DNA from: Candidatus Micrarchaeota archaeon
GTDB lineage: Archaea; Micrarchaeota; Micrarchaeia; Micrarchaeales; CABMGC01
Reading direction: 5' to 3'
Length of the DNA: 64,000 nt
NCBI GenBank assembly: GCA_023270055.1
Contig: JAGDYB010000017.1
Location: 6,581 to 70,580 of the forward strand
The notes beneath the pieces were generated by a model. The model did not search any database, was not told the origin of the DNA, and saw only the letters and a list, made by a program, of their open reading frames with translations. The translations under genes and the position numbers were made by a program. This document shows, piece by piece, positions 17,964-27,970 of this stretch. Each line of letters begins with the position of its first letter. The stretch's first letter is position 1.

Positions 17964-20258
17964 ATGATAGATTCAATAACGCTCAAGAATTGGAAGACTC
18001 ACAAGAATACTTCAATCTCCTTTTCAAAGGGCACAAACATACTTATAGGGCTTATGGGTGCGGGAAAAAGCTCGATGATGGATGCAATATCGTATGCGCT
18101 CTTCGGAACTTTCCCCAGTTTGAAAAGGAAGAAGATAAGCGTTGGCGATATAATAACCAACGTGCCCAAGCAGGAAAACGAGGCAAGTGTTGAACTGAAT
18201 TTTGAAATCGACGGAAATAAATACACTGTCGTTAGGGAGATATATGCGAACTCGCCGCCAAAGGCGACGCTGAAAAAGAATGGCGCCTATTTGCAGTCGC
18301 AACCCGAAAGGGTCAATGAGGAGATAGAACGGCTCCTTAAGGTTGACTATGACGTCTTCTCAAGGGCAATCTATTCAGAGCAGAACCAGCTGGACTACTT
18401 TTTGGAGCTTGGACCTGCGGACAGGAAAAGGCAGATAGACGAACTCCTTGGACTGGACAAGTTCGCGACGGCATTTGATAATGCGACTTCACTCATAAAC
18501 AAAATAAGGGATGAGGTAAAAGGCGAGGAAAGCTCGGTTTCGGCATGGGATCTGGAAAAGCTCAAGTCGAGCCTGAACGAGGCGAAAGAGGAGAAAAAAA
18601 GTTACGAGGCGAAGGTAGAAGAACTCGAAAGGAAGCTTGGCGCCGCGCAGGAGGAATATGAAAAGTACGAAAAGGAGTTCAAGGAGAAGAACGAACTGCT
18701 CAGAAAGAAAAACGAAATAATGAGCGAACTTAAGGGATTGGAGGGAAAGGCTGCGGCGCTCAAGAGGGAGCTTGAGGAAATAGAAAAGGAGAAGCTCCCG
18801 CAGGCAGAGGAGATAGAAAAAGAGCTGGGCAAGCTAAATACTGATATTGAAAACGCCAAAAAAAGCGAATCGGAAATAGAGAAGAAGGCAAATGAATACA
18901 CAAGCTCATATGCAAAGGCGCAGGAAAGGGCAAAGCAGATGAAGGAGAAGGAAAATGAGAGGAAGGAAGCGATTGAAAAGATTGGCGGAAGAAGCTATGA
19001 GAGCACAAAAAAGCAGATTGACGAGGAAAATAAAATGCTTGAGGAACTGCAGGAGATAAATGCCTCATACGCATCGCAAAAGAAAGAAATAGGCGAATGG
19101 CTCAAAGAGCTGGAGAAGCCCATGACGAAATGCCCCGTATGTGAGAGAGACATGGACGAAGCCATGAGGGAAAGACTGCTTGAAGGCAAGAGGAGGGCGC
19201 TTGAGAGCCTGGACAAGGCCATAGAGAGATCGACCCGGGACATCGAAGAAAAGAAAAAAAGAATACGCGCACTTAATGATGAGGCAAACGAGCTCAAGAT
19301 GAACGAGGAAAAACTGAACAGCACAAAGGATCTCAAGAAGGAGATAGATGCTGTAGTTGCCGAGCTTGCGGAGTATAAAAGCAAGATAGATGCGCTTGAA
19401 AAGGAAAAGGCTGATGCTAGAAGGAAGATTGACGAGCTTTCTGAATCGAAAAGCCGGCTCACAATGGCAAGGGAGAAAATCGGGCGCGCGGCGAAGTACA
19501 GAAGCGACATAGAACGCTACAGCGGCGACATCAGAAAGATGAAAGGGGAATATGAAAGCATAATCGTAGACGAGACCCAAATCGAGAAGCTCAGGAACCT
19601 TGCCATGGCTGCGAACTCGAACGTTGAAAAGATAAAGAAGGATATCGAATCAAACCAGAGCAGCTTAAAGAAGGCGGATGAAAGCATAAGGGGCTTTGAA
19701 GAACAAATAAATAAAATAGAAAAAGTATACGCGGACATAGAAAGAAAAAGGGGCATAGCGAACATGCTTTCGGAATTCAAGACGGCGCTGGAGGCGACGC
19801 AGCTTGTACTCAGGAGCAGGCTCATAGACGCGATCAACAATATAATGCAGCAGATATGGCCCGAACTTTACCCGTACGGCGACTATGTTAGCATAATGCT
19901 TGGCACTGAGAACAATTCGTATGAGCTCAAGGTAAGGCTTGCAGATGGAAGGTGGATAGACGTAGATGGAATTGCAAGCGGCGGCGAAAGGAGCATCGCA
20001 TGCCTTGCCATGCGCGTTGCATTCGCACTGGTTCTCGTTCCGAACCTTAAATGGATAATACTTGACGAGCCGACGCACAATATAGACCAGAAAGGTATAA
20101 GCAAGTTCATAACCCTCTTCAACGACACGCTGCCAAAAATAGTGGACCAGATATTCATAATAACGCATGACGAGGCGCTGAAGCAGGCAGTAAATTCAAG
20201 AATCTATACGCTTACCAGGGACAAGGAAGCCGGAGGCGCCACAATAGTGGCGCAATAG
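17964..20258 (+). CDS. rad50: Rad50-type SMC ATPase with zinc hook
   Basis: 764 aa. Walker A GLMGAGKSS, long coiled coil, hook KCPVCERDM, signature SGGERSIACLAMR, and Walker B IILDEPTHNID. Confidence 0.85.
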   Translation: MIDSITLKNWKTHKNTSISFSKGTNILIGLMGAGKSSMMDAISYALFGTFPSLKRKKISVGDIITNVPKQENEASVELNFEIDGNKYTVVREIYANSPPKATLKKNGAYLQSQPERVNEEIERLLKVDYDVFSRAIYSEQNQLDYFLELGPADRKRQIDELLGLDKFATAFDNATSLINKIRDEVKGEESSVSAWDLEKLKSSLNEAKEEKKSYEAKVEELERKLGAAQEEYEKYEKEFKEKNELLRKKNEIMSELKGLEGKAAALKRELEEIEKEKLPQAEEIEKELGKLNTDIENAKKSESEIEKKANEYTSSYAKAQERAKQMKEKENERKEAIEKIGGRSYESTKKQIDEENKMLEELQEINASYASQKKEIGEWLKELEKPMTKCPVCERDMDEAMRERLLEGKRRALESLDKAIERSTRDIEEKKKRIRALNDEANELKMNEEKLNSTKDLKKEIDAVVAELAEYKSKIDALEKEKADARRKIDELSESKSRLTMAREKIGRAAKYRSDIERYSGDIRKMKGEYESIIVDETQIEKLRNLAMAANSNVEKIKKDIESNQSSLKKADESIRGFEEQINKIEKVYADIERKRGIANMLSEFKTALEATQLVLRSRLIDAINNIMQQIWPELYPYGDYVSIMLGTENNSYELKVRLADGRWIDVDGIASGGERSIACLAMRVAFALVLVPNLKWIILDEPTHNIDQKGISKFITLFNDTLPKIVDQIFIITHDEALKQAVNSRIYTLTRDKEAGGATIVAQ

Positions 20259-20266
20259 GCCGCTGC

Positions 20267-20914
20267 TCATTCCACTGCGCTCATGACGTACTCAAGAAAC
20301 TGCTCTTCTGGCAACGCCCCCTCAAAAGACACTTTGTCGTTTATGACAACCTTCGGCACTGCCATCACTTCATACTTCTGCGACATCTCCTGAAATTCCA
20401 TCGCTTCAATCATGCTGCTCTTGATGTTTTTGTTTTCCATGGCGAACTGGTGTGCGGTCCTGACCGCCCTCGGACAGTACGGGCATGTCGGCGTCACAAA
20501 CACCTTTATCTCGACCGGCTTGTCTATGCTCTTGACCTTCTCCCTTACCGCATCGCTGAGTCTTGTCTTGCCTTTTGATGCGTCGACTATATCCTCCAGC
20601 AGCGCCGCAAACTCGTGACCCGCAGGTATGCCAAAGTAATAAACATTGTAGCTCTTCTTGCCCCACACAACAAGCGCAGGCGTTTTGTCTATACCTAGAA
20701 AGTCCGCCTCCTTTTTGTGTTCCGCGAGCTTATACACGTACAGCGTGATATTAGGGTTGGTAGATGAGAGCTCGGTAAGCAGCTCCTCGGTATCCTTGCA
20801 GTACATGCACTTTTCCTTTTCGTCGACAAACAGCGTAAGGTTAACCTTATCCGCCAGGTTCTTCGCAAAAAGCTCCTTTATATATTTTTCGTCGTCTTTT
20901 GACAATATTGACAC
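20267..20914 (-). CDS. protein disulfide oxidoreductase (two thioredoxin-fold units, glutaredoxin-like)
   Basis: 215 aa with CMYC in the first unit and CPYC in the second, the layout of archaeal PDO. Confidence 0.8.
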   Translation of the reverse strand: MSILSKDDEKYIKELFAKNLADKVNLTLFVDEKEKCMYCKDTEELLTELSSTNPNITLYVYKLAEHKKEADFLGIDKTPALVVWGKKSYNVYYFGIPAGHEFAALLEDIVDASKGKTRLSDAVREKVKSIDKPVEIKVFVTPTCPYCPRAVRTAHQFAMENKNIKSSMIEAMEFQEMSQKYEVMAVPKVVINDKVSFEGALPEEQFLEYVMSAVE

Positions 20915-21066
20915 TAGACCACCATGTTTTTAAGGATAAAGATTTAATTATTACAGAGTTATATATCTGTCAATCAAGATATATAAAGATTGTGCTTAAT
21001 AAAGCAAAAAGCACTATATGTTCTTGTAACTGAGGTTTTTGCACGTTTTACGTAAAGCACACTGTT

Positions 21067-22074
21067 TTGGAAGATGAAGGCAAGGATTTGGAGTACTACA
21101 AGGACAGGATATTTGATATTATATCAAAATATCTTAGGGAGGCGTCTGCTGGAGACAAGGAATACTATAAGCTGCTTGCAGAATACTCTGAACGGAGGGG
21201 CAGCTACAGCAGGCCGCTGCTTCTTGCGCTTGCGGCAAAAGAGTTCGGGGCGGATGAGGAGCAGGCCCTGTTGCTTGCCGCAGTTGTGCAACTTTCCGAA
21301 GACTGGATACTTGCACTGGACGACATGCATGACAATGCAGAAGTGAGACGCGGCGGCCCGACGCTGCACATGAAATACGGAAGAAACCTTGCCGAGCTCG
21401 CTGTTGTGGTCGAGAGCTCCGCGATGTGGCACATGATGCATGATCTTACCACGCAGTTTGGGAAGGAGAAAAGGGATGCGCTGCACAATGAGCTATACAA
21501 CATTGGAGTGCATACTGGACATGGCCAATACATAGACCTTACCGCAAGTGGCAATGTGGATGTTATTACCTCCTCCGATGAGAGGAAATACTTCGAAATC
21601 ATAAACAACAAGACGGTTTTGTACAGCGTTGTTGGGCCGCTGAGACTTGCGGCAATTCTTGCTGACAAAGACAAGGAGTTCATAGGAAAAATCGAAGAGG
21701 TTGGCGAGCCGCTTGGAATTGCGTTTCAACTTAACGATGACCTGCTCGACATGGAGCCGGAAGAGGTGACAAAGAAAAGCAGATACAGCGACATATATGA
21801 AAGCAAGCTTACCTTGCTTGTGATGCGCGCATACGGCCTTGCAAGCAGCGAAGAGAAAGCAAGGATAGTTGAGATATACAGAAAAAGGAGGAGCGAGAAG
21901 ACAAAGGAGGATGTTGAATACATGCTCGCCTTATATGAAAAGTACAAGGTAAGGGAATATGTGAAAGACAAGATAAGCCAGCAGCTTGACTTGGCAAAGG
22001 AAAGGCTTGGCGGCATGCTGGGCGATATCGGACCGGCAGTGGACGTCGTACTTTCAAAGCTGAAGAGAAGTTGA
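21067..22074 (+). CDS. idsA: polyprenyl (geranylgeranyl) diphosphate synthase
   Basis: 335 aa. First Asp-rich motif LALDDMHDN, second FQLNDDLLD. The ORF has no ATG near its 5' end, so a TTG start at 21067 is implied. Confidence 0.8.
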   Translation: MEDEGKDLEYYKDRIFDIISKYLREASAGDKEYYKLLAEYSERRGSYSRPLLLALAAKEFGADEEQALLLAAVVQLSEDWILALDDMHDNAEVRRGGPTLHMKYGRNLAELAVVVESSAMWHMMHDLTTQFGKEKRDALHNELYNIGVHTGHGQYIDLTASGNVDVITSSDERKYFEIINNKTVLYSVVGPLRLAAILADKDKEFIGKIEEVGEPLGIAFQLNDDLLDMEPEEVTKKSRYSDIYESKLTLLVMRAYGLASSEEKARIVEIYRKRRSEKTKEDVEYMLALYEKYKVREYVKDKISQQLDLAKERLGGMLGDIGPAVDVVLSKLKRS

Positions 22075-22224
22075 TGCGTGCTTGACAAACTAATAGAAAA
22101 TAATAGTTGAGGCAATTCTTTTAAATATTAAATGCACTAGTCCTTTCGGTGTGGTGCGTTTGCTGCCTGCGCGCATGAAATCAGACGAACGCGAGGCGCG
22201 GATGCAGGCACAAAATAAAACAGT

Positions 22225-22989
22225 ATGTCAGGTGTGCGAATGGACGAATTTGAAACATTGAAGCGCGAAATTGCTGTGGGCATATATGAGAACGGCATGC
22301 TGCTGACTTGGTACAGAGACCGGCCTTCTGGTTGGACACTGGTGAGCGGGGCGTGGAGTCCTTTCTATATAAATCTGAGGCCCATAACATCCTTTCCACA
22401 GCTTTATGAAAAAATCACTGATGCATTCTGCATGTTGCTGCAGGAGAACCACATCGATAGGGAAAAGTACAAAGCGGTTGGCATTGCAATGGGTGGCATA
22501 TCCCTCGCAAATGGCGTGGCGCTGAAGTACAAGATTCCGTCTCTTTACACAAGAAAGCTGCCTGACGAGGTGAAGAGCGAGGAGGATATAAACAATTATA
22601 TAGCGAGCCATGGGCAGCATGCTCTGGTCGAGGGCGTGATCAATGAGGGCGACAATATTATACTTTTTGATGATGTTGTCACTTCAATGGACAGCAAGGT
22701 GCTCGCCATAAACCAGATAAATTCAGAGACAAGGAAACGCGGGCTGAAGAATGTCAATGTGAAGGACGTGTACGTTGTGGTCGACAGAGGGAGAGGAGAG
22801 GAAAAGGCAAGGGAGATGGGGCTCAACCTCCGCTCGATAATAAAGTTTGACGCATTCGTGGATCTTCTGGGAGACAAGCTCTCGGGCGACGAAAGAGATG
22901 TGATAAAGGAATACCTGTCAAATCCGGGGAAATTCCAAGACAAGAATCTGCAGAAGGAATTGGAGGAGCTTGCCAAAAACAGGCTATAA
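22225..22989 (+). CDS. type I phosphoribosyltransferase, orotate PRTase-like
   Basis: 254 aa. LVSGAWSPFYINLR (OPRT-like N-terminal block) and PRPP loop NIILFDDVVTSMDSK. It has an extra charged C-terminal segment of about 50 aa, so substrate assignment is tentative. Confidence 0.6.
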   Translation: MSGVRMDEFETLKREIAVGIYENGMLLTWYRDRPSGWTLVSGAWSPFYINLRPITSFPQLYEKITDAFCMLLQENHIDREKYKAVGIAMGGISLANGVALKYKIPSLYTRKLPDEVKSEEDINNYIASHGQHALVEGVINEGDNIILFDDVVTSMDSKVLAINQINSETRKRGLKNVNVKDVYVVVDRGRGEEKAREMGLNLRSIIKFDAFVDLLGDKLSGDERDVIKEYLSNPGKFQDKNLQKELEELAKNRL

Positions 22990-23039
22990 AGCAAATTAAG
23001 GCTATATAATTAAGAAGATTATATTATATTATAAGCTGC

Positions 23040-24056
23040 TCACAGCCCGTCAAGCCCAAGCTCGTTTCCTAGCTTGTCTTTTTTGCCCATTATTGATGGA
23101 CTTGACACTCCTGTAAATATAGCTATGACTTCTATTTTGTTCGCAAATGTTTCATCGAGCCTTGCGCCCCATGCAACGTTGGCATTTGGTGATACGAACT
23201 CTGTCAGCCGCTCGCCAATCTGGTTGGCATCGCCGAGCGTCATGTCGCTTCCGCCGGTTATATGCAGAAGCACGCCAGAAGCGTTCGTGTAATCTACATC
23301 AAGCAGCTTGTTTTTGAGTACGCTGTCCACGACCTCGTCGACCTTGGTTGGACCCTGGCCTGTGCCGACGCTTATCATCGAAAGGCCGCCACTACTCATT
23401 ATAGTTCTTAGATCTGAAAAGTCCAGGTTTATGAAGCTGGGCTGCGTTATCGTCTCCGTTATGCCCCTTACCGCCTTGGCAGTTATTTCGTCTGCGAGCA
23501 TAAACGCCTTCTCTATTGGAAGATTCGGATAAAGCGTGAAAAGCCTCTGGTTGTCTATCACAATTAGCGTGTCTACGCTTTTCCTGAGCTTTTCAAGCCC
23601 CTTTCTTGCCACCTCGAGCCTCACCTTTTCCAGCTCAAATGGTATTGTAACTATGCCAATCACTATGGCACCTATCTCCTTCGCAAGCGCCGCAACCACC
23701 GGGGCAGCGCCAGTTCCAGTGCCACCTCCCATGCCCGCGGTGAGGAACACGAGATTTGCGTCGTTTAGGCTCGAGCGAATCGCGTCGCGCGACAGATCGG
23801 CCGCCTTCTCTCCAATGTCTGGGAAACCGCCAGCTCCGAGGCCATGCGTTATCTGCTCGCCAAGCACTATGGCTTTTATTGCTGGGCTCAAGGTTTTGAG
23901 ATGTTTCAGGTCGGTATTGTAAGCGATGAGATCCGCGCCGTGTATGTTAAGGTTGCTGAGCCTGTTGACAGTGTTGTTTCCGCCTCCGCCAACCCCGGCA
24001 ACAACTATCTTGGGCTTGAACAGCTCCTCGCTACCCTGCTGGCTTAAATCGTACAT
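23040..24056 (-). CDS. ftsZ: cell division GTPase FtsZ
   Basis: Tubulin signature GGGTGTGAAPVVA, IVVAGVGGGGNN and NTD motifs. Start trimmed to MYDLSQQ at 24056, with GGGAGTG just upstream. The ORF-track extension to 24245 is Cys/Arg/Gln-rich and not protein-like. Confidence 0.92.
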   Translation of the reverse strand: MYDLSQQGSEELFKPKIVVAGVGGGGNNTVNRLSNLNIHGADLIAYNTDLKHLKTLSPAIKAIVLGEQITHGLGAGGFPDIGEKAADLSRDAIRSSLNDANLVFLTAGMGGGTGTGAAPVVAALAKEIGAIVIGIVTIPFELEKVRLEVARKGLEKLRKSVDTLIVIDNQRLFTLYPNLPIEKAFMLADEITAKAVRGITETITQPSFINLDFSDLRTIMSSGGLSMISVGTGQGPTKVDEVVDSVLKNKLLDVDYTNASGVLLHITGGSDMTLGDANQIGERLTEFVSPNANVAWGARLDETFANKIEVIAIFTGVSSPSIMGKKDKLGNELGLDGL

Positions 24057-24332
24057 TTTCAGCACTCCCTTTTTTGTGGCTTGTCCCGAGTAACATACTA
24101 CCATAATAAAAATAAAATACTTTTGCTTAACGCAATGATCCTGGGTGCGGCGTTGCTGGAAGGCTGAGCACGCGCGCAGGAACCCTCGATTACCGCAAGC
24201 TTGCCAGAAAAATGCGTTGCGCTGGTTGATTTTGCAAAGAAGCATGATGCTGCTTGCGGAGCGGGGCTTGAGACCGATAGTTTTAGGGTAGCAAAATTTT
24301 AGCTAAAATATATAAATCTTTTTGTTTAAATA

Positions 24333-24644
24333 ATGTTACGTGGCTGTACCCTGCGATTGGTAGCATTGCTAGTTTTAGGTGTATATTTGGTAGAAGATAA
24401 GGGAAAAACCCGCAAGATAACAAATGAACTAGTTCCAAAGTACGTAGTGCTCAGCGACGGGGACGGCGAAAAGGTGCTAAAGGAGCTTGGCATAAAAAGG
24501 GAACAGCTGCCAAAAATTCTCACGACCGACGCGATGATAGCAAACGACCCGGATGCGAAAGCGGGGAGAATAATAAGCATTGAAAGGGAAGATGTCAAGG
24601 GGATAAAGTATAAATATTATAGGCTCATAGTCGAGCCGCTTTAA
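24333..24644 (+). CDS. rpoH: RNA polymerase subunit H (Rpo5)
   Basis: NELVPKYVVLSDGDGEKVLKELGIKREQLPKI...DP......GRIISIER follows the RpoH pattern (HELVPKH..L). The true start is probably internal, for example TTG near 24388. First gene of the rpoH-B-A operon. Confidence 0.8.
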   Translation: MLRGCTLRLVALLVLGVYLVEDKGKTRKITNELVPKYVVLSDGDGEKVLKELGIKREQLPKILTTDAMIANDPDAKAGRIISIEREDVKGIKYKYYRLIVEPL

Positions 24645-24649
24645 GTGGT

Positions 24650-26122
24650 TTGATGGCAAACGAGATTATAGACTCATATGTCACATCTTATTCTCTGGTG
24701 CAGCATCAGATAGAGAGCTTCAACAAATTCATAGATCTCGGGCTGCAGAAGATAATAAACAAGCAGGGTATGATAACGCCTAACGTGGAGGGGTTCGCGC
24801 TCAAGCTCGGAAACGTCAGGGTCGGCAAGCCTTCAATGACAGAAGCTGACAGCTCGAGGCGCAACATACTGCCAAACGAGGCAAGACTCAGAAATCTGAC
24901 TTACGCGGCGCCCATATTTGTGGAGCTGGTTCCAATCATAAGAGGCGTCGAAAAAGCGACATCGTATGGCGAAGTCCTAATCGGCGAGATACCCATAATG
25001 GTCAAGAGCAACAACTGCTACCTAAAAACCATGACAAAGAGCCAGCTTATAGAGAACGGAGAGGATGCTGAAGAGCTTGGGGGATACTTCATAATCAAGG
25101 GCACTGAGAGGGTTTTGATAGGACTTGAGGACACCGCGCCTAACAAAATAATAACAACGAACGAGAAAAACGGCGAGGAAGTGGTAAGCAAAGTCTTCTC
25201 CACCGCGCTGGGCTTCAGGGCAAGATGCGTGGTGAGAAGGGAACAGAAAGGAAATATAGACATAATATTCCCGACAATATCAAAGCCTTTGCCAGTTACT
25301 ATTGTGCTCAGGGCTCTTGGGCTGCAGATCAAGGACATAATGGATGTTGCCTCGGAGATAGACGTTGTGAAAAATGATATGATGCTGAACCTTGAAACCA
25401 ACAGCATCGAAAACATGATGCCGGCGGAAGCCATGATGGAGATAGGAAAGATGTCTGCGCCGGGGCAGGCCAAGGAATACCAGCAGAAAAGGGCCGAGAC
25501 GCAGATCGACACGTACCTGCTCCCGCATCTGGGCGTAGACGAGACAAGCAGGAAGGACAAGGGTAGGTATATACTCGAAATGATAAAGAAGGCCTCGCTC
25601 GTCGCGAACAAATATGTGAAACAGGACGACAAGGACCACTACGCGAACAAGAGAATAAGGTTTGCCGGCGAGCTCATGGAGGAACTTTTCACTTACGCAT
25701 TCAAGTTTTTCATAAAGGATGTCAAATACCAGATAGAGAGGACGAGCGCAAGGGGAAGGAAGATAAGCATACAGACTATAATAAACCCGGACACTCTTAC
25801 CGACAAGATAATATACGCGATGGGCACGGGCACGTGGGTTGCAGGGCAGACAGGCATCTCGCAGGTGCTTGACAGGACGAACCTTCTTAGCACCTACGCA
25901 CATTTGAGAAGGATAAAATCGCCGCTCGCAAAAAAGCACCCGCACTTCAAGGCAAGAGAGGTGCACGGCACGCAGTGGGGAAAGATATGCCCTTCGGAAA
26001 CGCCTGAAGGGCAGGAGGTCGGGCTTACGAAATACCTTTCGATTATGGCCAAGGTCACGCTTGGCGCTGACGAGCAGCTGTCTGAGCAGAAGATAAAGGA
26101 GATTGGGGAAGTAAAGGAGTAG
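24650..26122 (+). CDS. rpoB2: RNA polymerase subunit B'' (N-terminal half of split Rpo2)
   Basis: 490 aa. GGYFIIKGTERVLIGLED and HLRRIKSPLAKKHPHFKAREVHGTQWGKICPSETPEGQEVGL. Ends at TAG 26120-26122. Confidence 0.95.
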   Translation: MMANEIIDSYVTSYSLVQHQIESFNKFIDLGLQKIINKQGMITPNVEGFALKLGNVRVGKPSMTEADSSRRNILPNEARLRNLTYAAPIFVELVPIIRGVEKATSYGEVLIGEIPIMVKSNNCYLKTMTKSQLIENGEDAEELGGYFIIKGTERVLIGLEDTAPNKIITTNEKNGEEVVSKVFSTALGFRARCVVRREQKGNIDIIFPTISKPLPVTIVLRALGLQIKDIMDVASEIDVVKNDMMLNLETNSIENMMPAEAMMEIGKMSAPGQAKEYQQKRAETQIDTYLLPHLGVDETSRKDKGRYILEMIKKASLVANKYVKQDDKDHYANKRIRFAGELMEELFTYAFKFFIKDVKYQIERTSARGRKISIQTIINPDTLTDKIIYAMGTGTWVAGQTGISQVLDRTNLLSTYAHLRRIKSPLAKKHPHFKAREVHGTQWGKICPSETPEGQEVGLTKYLSIMAKVTLGADEQLSEQKIKEIGEVKE

Positions 26123-27958
26123 GTGTTTTACTTGGCGAAAATAAATAGCAAATGCTATGTTTATCTGAACGGCAAGGTTATAGGTCATGTCGAAGACGGC
26201 GAAAAGTTCGCCAATGAAGTAAGGAACGCGAGAAGGAACGGCCTCATTTCTGGTGAAATCAACGTCTTCTACAACAAGAAGCTGAACGAGGCGCACGTCA
26301 ACACCGACGCGGGCAGGGTAAGGAAGCCGTACATAATAGTCGAAAACGGAAAATCGAAGCTTACGCCAGAGCTCGTGGAAAAGCTGAAGAGCAAGGAGAT
26401 AGATTTCAACTACCTGATAAGAAGGGGCATTATAGAGTACCTTGACGCGGAGGAGGAGGAAAACAGCATGGTTGCGCTCAGGGAAGAGGACATAACAAGC
26501 GAAACAACGCACCTCGAACCCGATTTGTCAGCAATTTTCGGACTTACAGTAAGCACCGCACCTTACGTCGAGCACAACAGCGTCGCTAGGCACGCGATGC
26601 TTGCAAACTTTATAAAGCAGAGCGAGGGGCTTTACGCAACGAACTTCAACTTGAGATATGATTCAAGGGCATACGTGCTTTTTTACCCGCAGAAACCGAT
26701 AGTATCGACGGCTTCGTACAGGGCTGGAAAGATAGAAACGCACCCGAGCGGGCAGAATTTTGTTGTTGCCCTTACCACATATTCCGGATATAACATGGCA
26801 GATGCAGTGGTGATCAACAAGGCTGCAGTGGACAGGGGCTTGGGAAGAAGCATGTTTTACAAGATATACGCAAGCGAGGAAAGAAGGTATCCTGGCGGGC
26901 AGACGGACGTCTTCAAGGTGCCGCCGCCTACTGCTGAGGGTTACCTTGGCGAGCATGCTTATTCGAAACTCAGTGACGACGGCATTGTGGAGCCTGAAAC
27001 AAACGTGGAGGAAGGCGACGTGCTTATAGGCAAGGTTGCGCCACCAAGGTTCCTCGAGGAAAATGTTGGCGTATCCGGCCTTGAGGAAAAGGTCAGGGAT
27101 GATTCCATAACGCTGAAGGCAGGAGAATACGGCGTTGTGGACAGCGTTATACTTACCGAAACAACGGGCGCAACGAAAGTTGTCAAGATAAGGATAAGAA
27201 GCCTTAGGATACCGGAAAGGGGCGACAAGTTCGCAAGCAGGCAGGGGCAAAAGGGCGTTGTTGCAAACATAGTGCCGCAGGAGGACATGCCTTTCAGCGA
27301 GTATGGAATGGTACCGGATCTTCTGCTCAACCCTCATTCGCTGCCTACAAGAGCGACGTTCGGACATTTGCTGGAGGAGCTTGCAGGCAAAGCGGGTTCG
27401 ATTTCCGGAAAAATGATTGACGGCACGCCGTTCGCTGAAAGCGGGATAAAGCGCATGAGCGAAATAGGCGATATGCTCGAGAGCTACGGCTTCGACAGGA
27501 ATGGAGAAGAGACATTTTACGATGGTATAACGGGAAAGCCGTTCTACGCGAAGATATTTAGCGGGGTTGTTTATTACAACAGGCTCTACCACATGGTCAG
27601 CAACAAGATACAAGTGAGAAGCAGGGGACCTGTGCAGATACTGACGCACCAGCCTACTGAAGGAAAGGCGAGGCAGGGCGGTCTCAGATTCGGGGAAATG
27701 GAAAGGGATGTGCTCGTTGGATATGGTGCGAGCTTGCTGCTGAAAGAAAGACTTCTCGACCAGAGCGACAAGACAACAGTGCTCGTGTGCAAGGACTGCG
27801 GAAGCATCGGATACTACGACTACACGAAGCATGTCGCAGTGTGCCCGATGTGCCACGGCAACAACCTTGTAGAAGTTGAAATGAGCTACGCTTTCAAACT
27901 CCTGCTCGACGAGATAAAGTCAATGCACATATTCCCGCAGATAAAACTGAGCGAATGA
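26123..27958 (+). CDS. rpoB1: RNA polymerase subunit B' (C-terminal half of split Rpo2)
   Basis: 611 aa. GDKFASRQGQKGVV, NPHSLPTRATFGHLLE, RFGEMERDVLVGYGAS and the zinc ribbon CKDCGS...CPMCHG. GTG start immediately after the B'' stop. Confidence 0.95.
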   Translation: MFYLAKINSKCYVYLNGKVIGHVEDGEKFANEVRNARRNGLISGEINVFYNKKLNEAHVNTDAGRVRKPYIIVENGKSKLTPELVEKLKSKEIDFNYLIRRGIIEYLDAEEEENSMVALREEDITSETTHLEPDLSAIFGLTVSTAPYVEHNSVARHAMLANFIKQSEGLYATNFNLRYDSRAYVLFYPQKPIVSTASYRAGKIETHPSGQNFVVALTTYSGYNMADAVVINKAAVDRGLGRSMFYKIYASEERRYPGGQTDVFKVPPPTAEGYLGEHAYSKLSDDGIVEPETNVEEGDVLIGKVAPPRFLEENVGVSGLEEKVRDDSITLKAGEYGVVDSVILTETTGATKVVKIRIRSLRIPERGDKFASRQGQKGVVANIVPQEDMPFSEYGMVPDLLLNPHSLPTRATFGHLLEELAGKAGSISGKMIDGTPFAESGIKRMSEIGDMLESYGFDRNGEETFYDGITGKPFYAKIFSGVVYYNRLYHMVSNKIQVRSRGPVQILTHQPTEGKARQGGLRFGEMERDVLVGYGASLLLKERLLDQSDKTTVLVCKDCGSIGYYDYTKHVAVCPMCHGNNLVEVEMSYAFKLLLDEIKSMHIFPQIKLSE

Positions 27959-27970
27959 ATTGGTGTTCAT

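Noticed and set aside
18602-19840. Ser/Leu/Phe-rich antisense ORFs opposite rad50 (for example 18995..19510 and 19065..19580).
   Set aside because: These are the mirror image of the GAA/GAG/AAG-rich coiled-coil coding sequence. They are low-complexity and have no independent signal.
24057-24245. The 63-codon N-terminal extension of FtsZ given in the ORF track.
   Set aside because: The extension is Cys/Arg/Gln-rich and runs through promoter-like AT-rich sequence. The conserved FtsZ N-terminus begins at the internal Met (24056), which has a GGGAGTG element just upstream.
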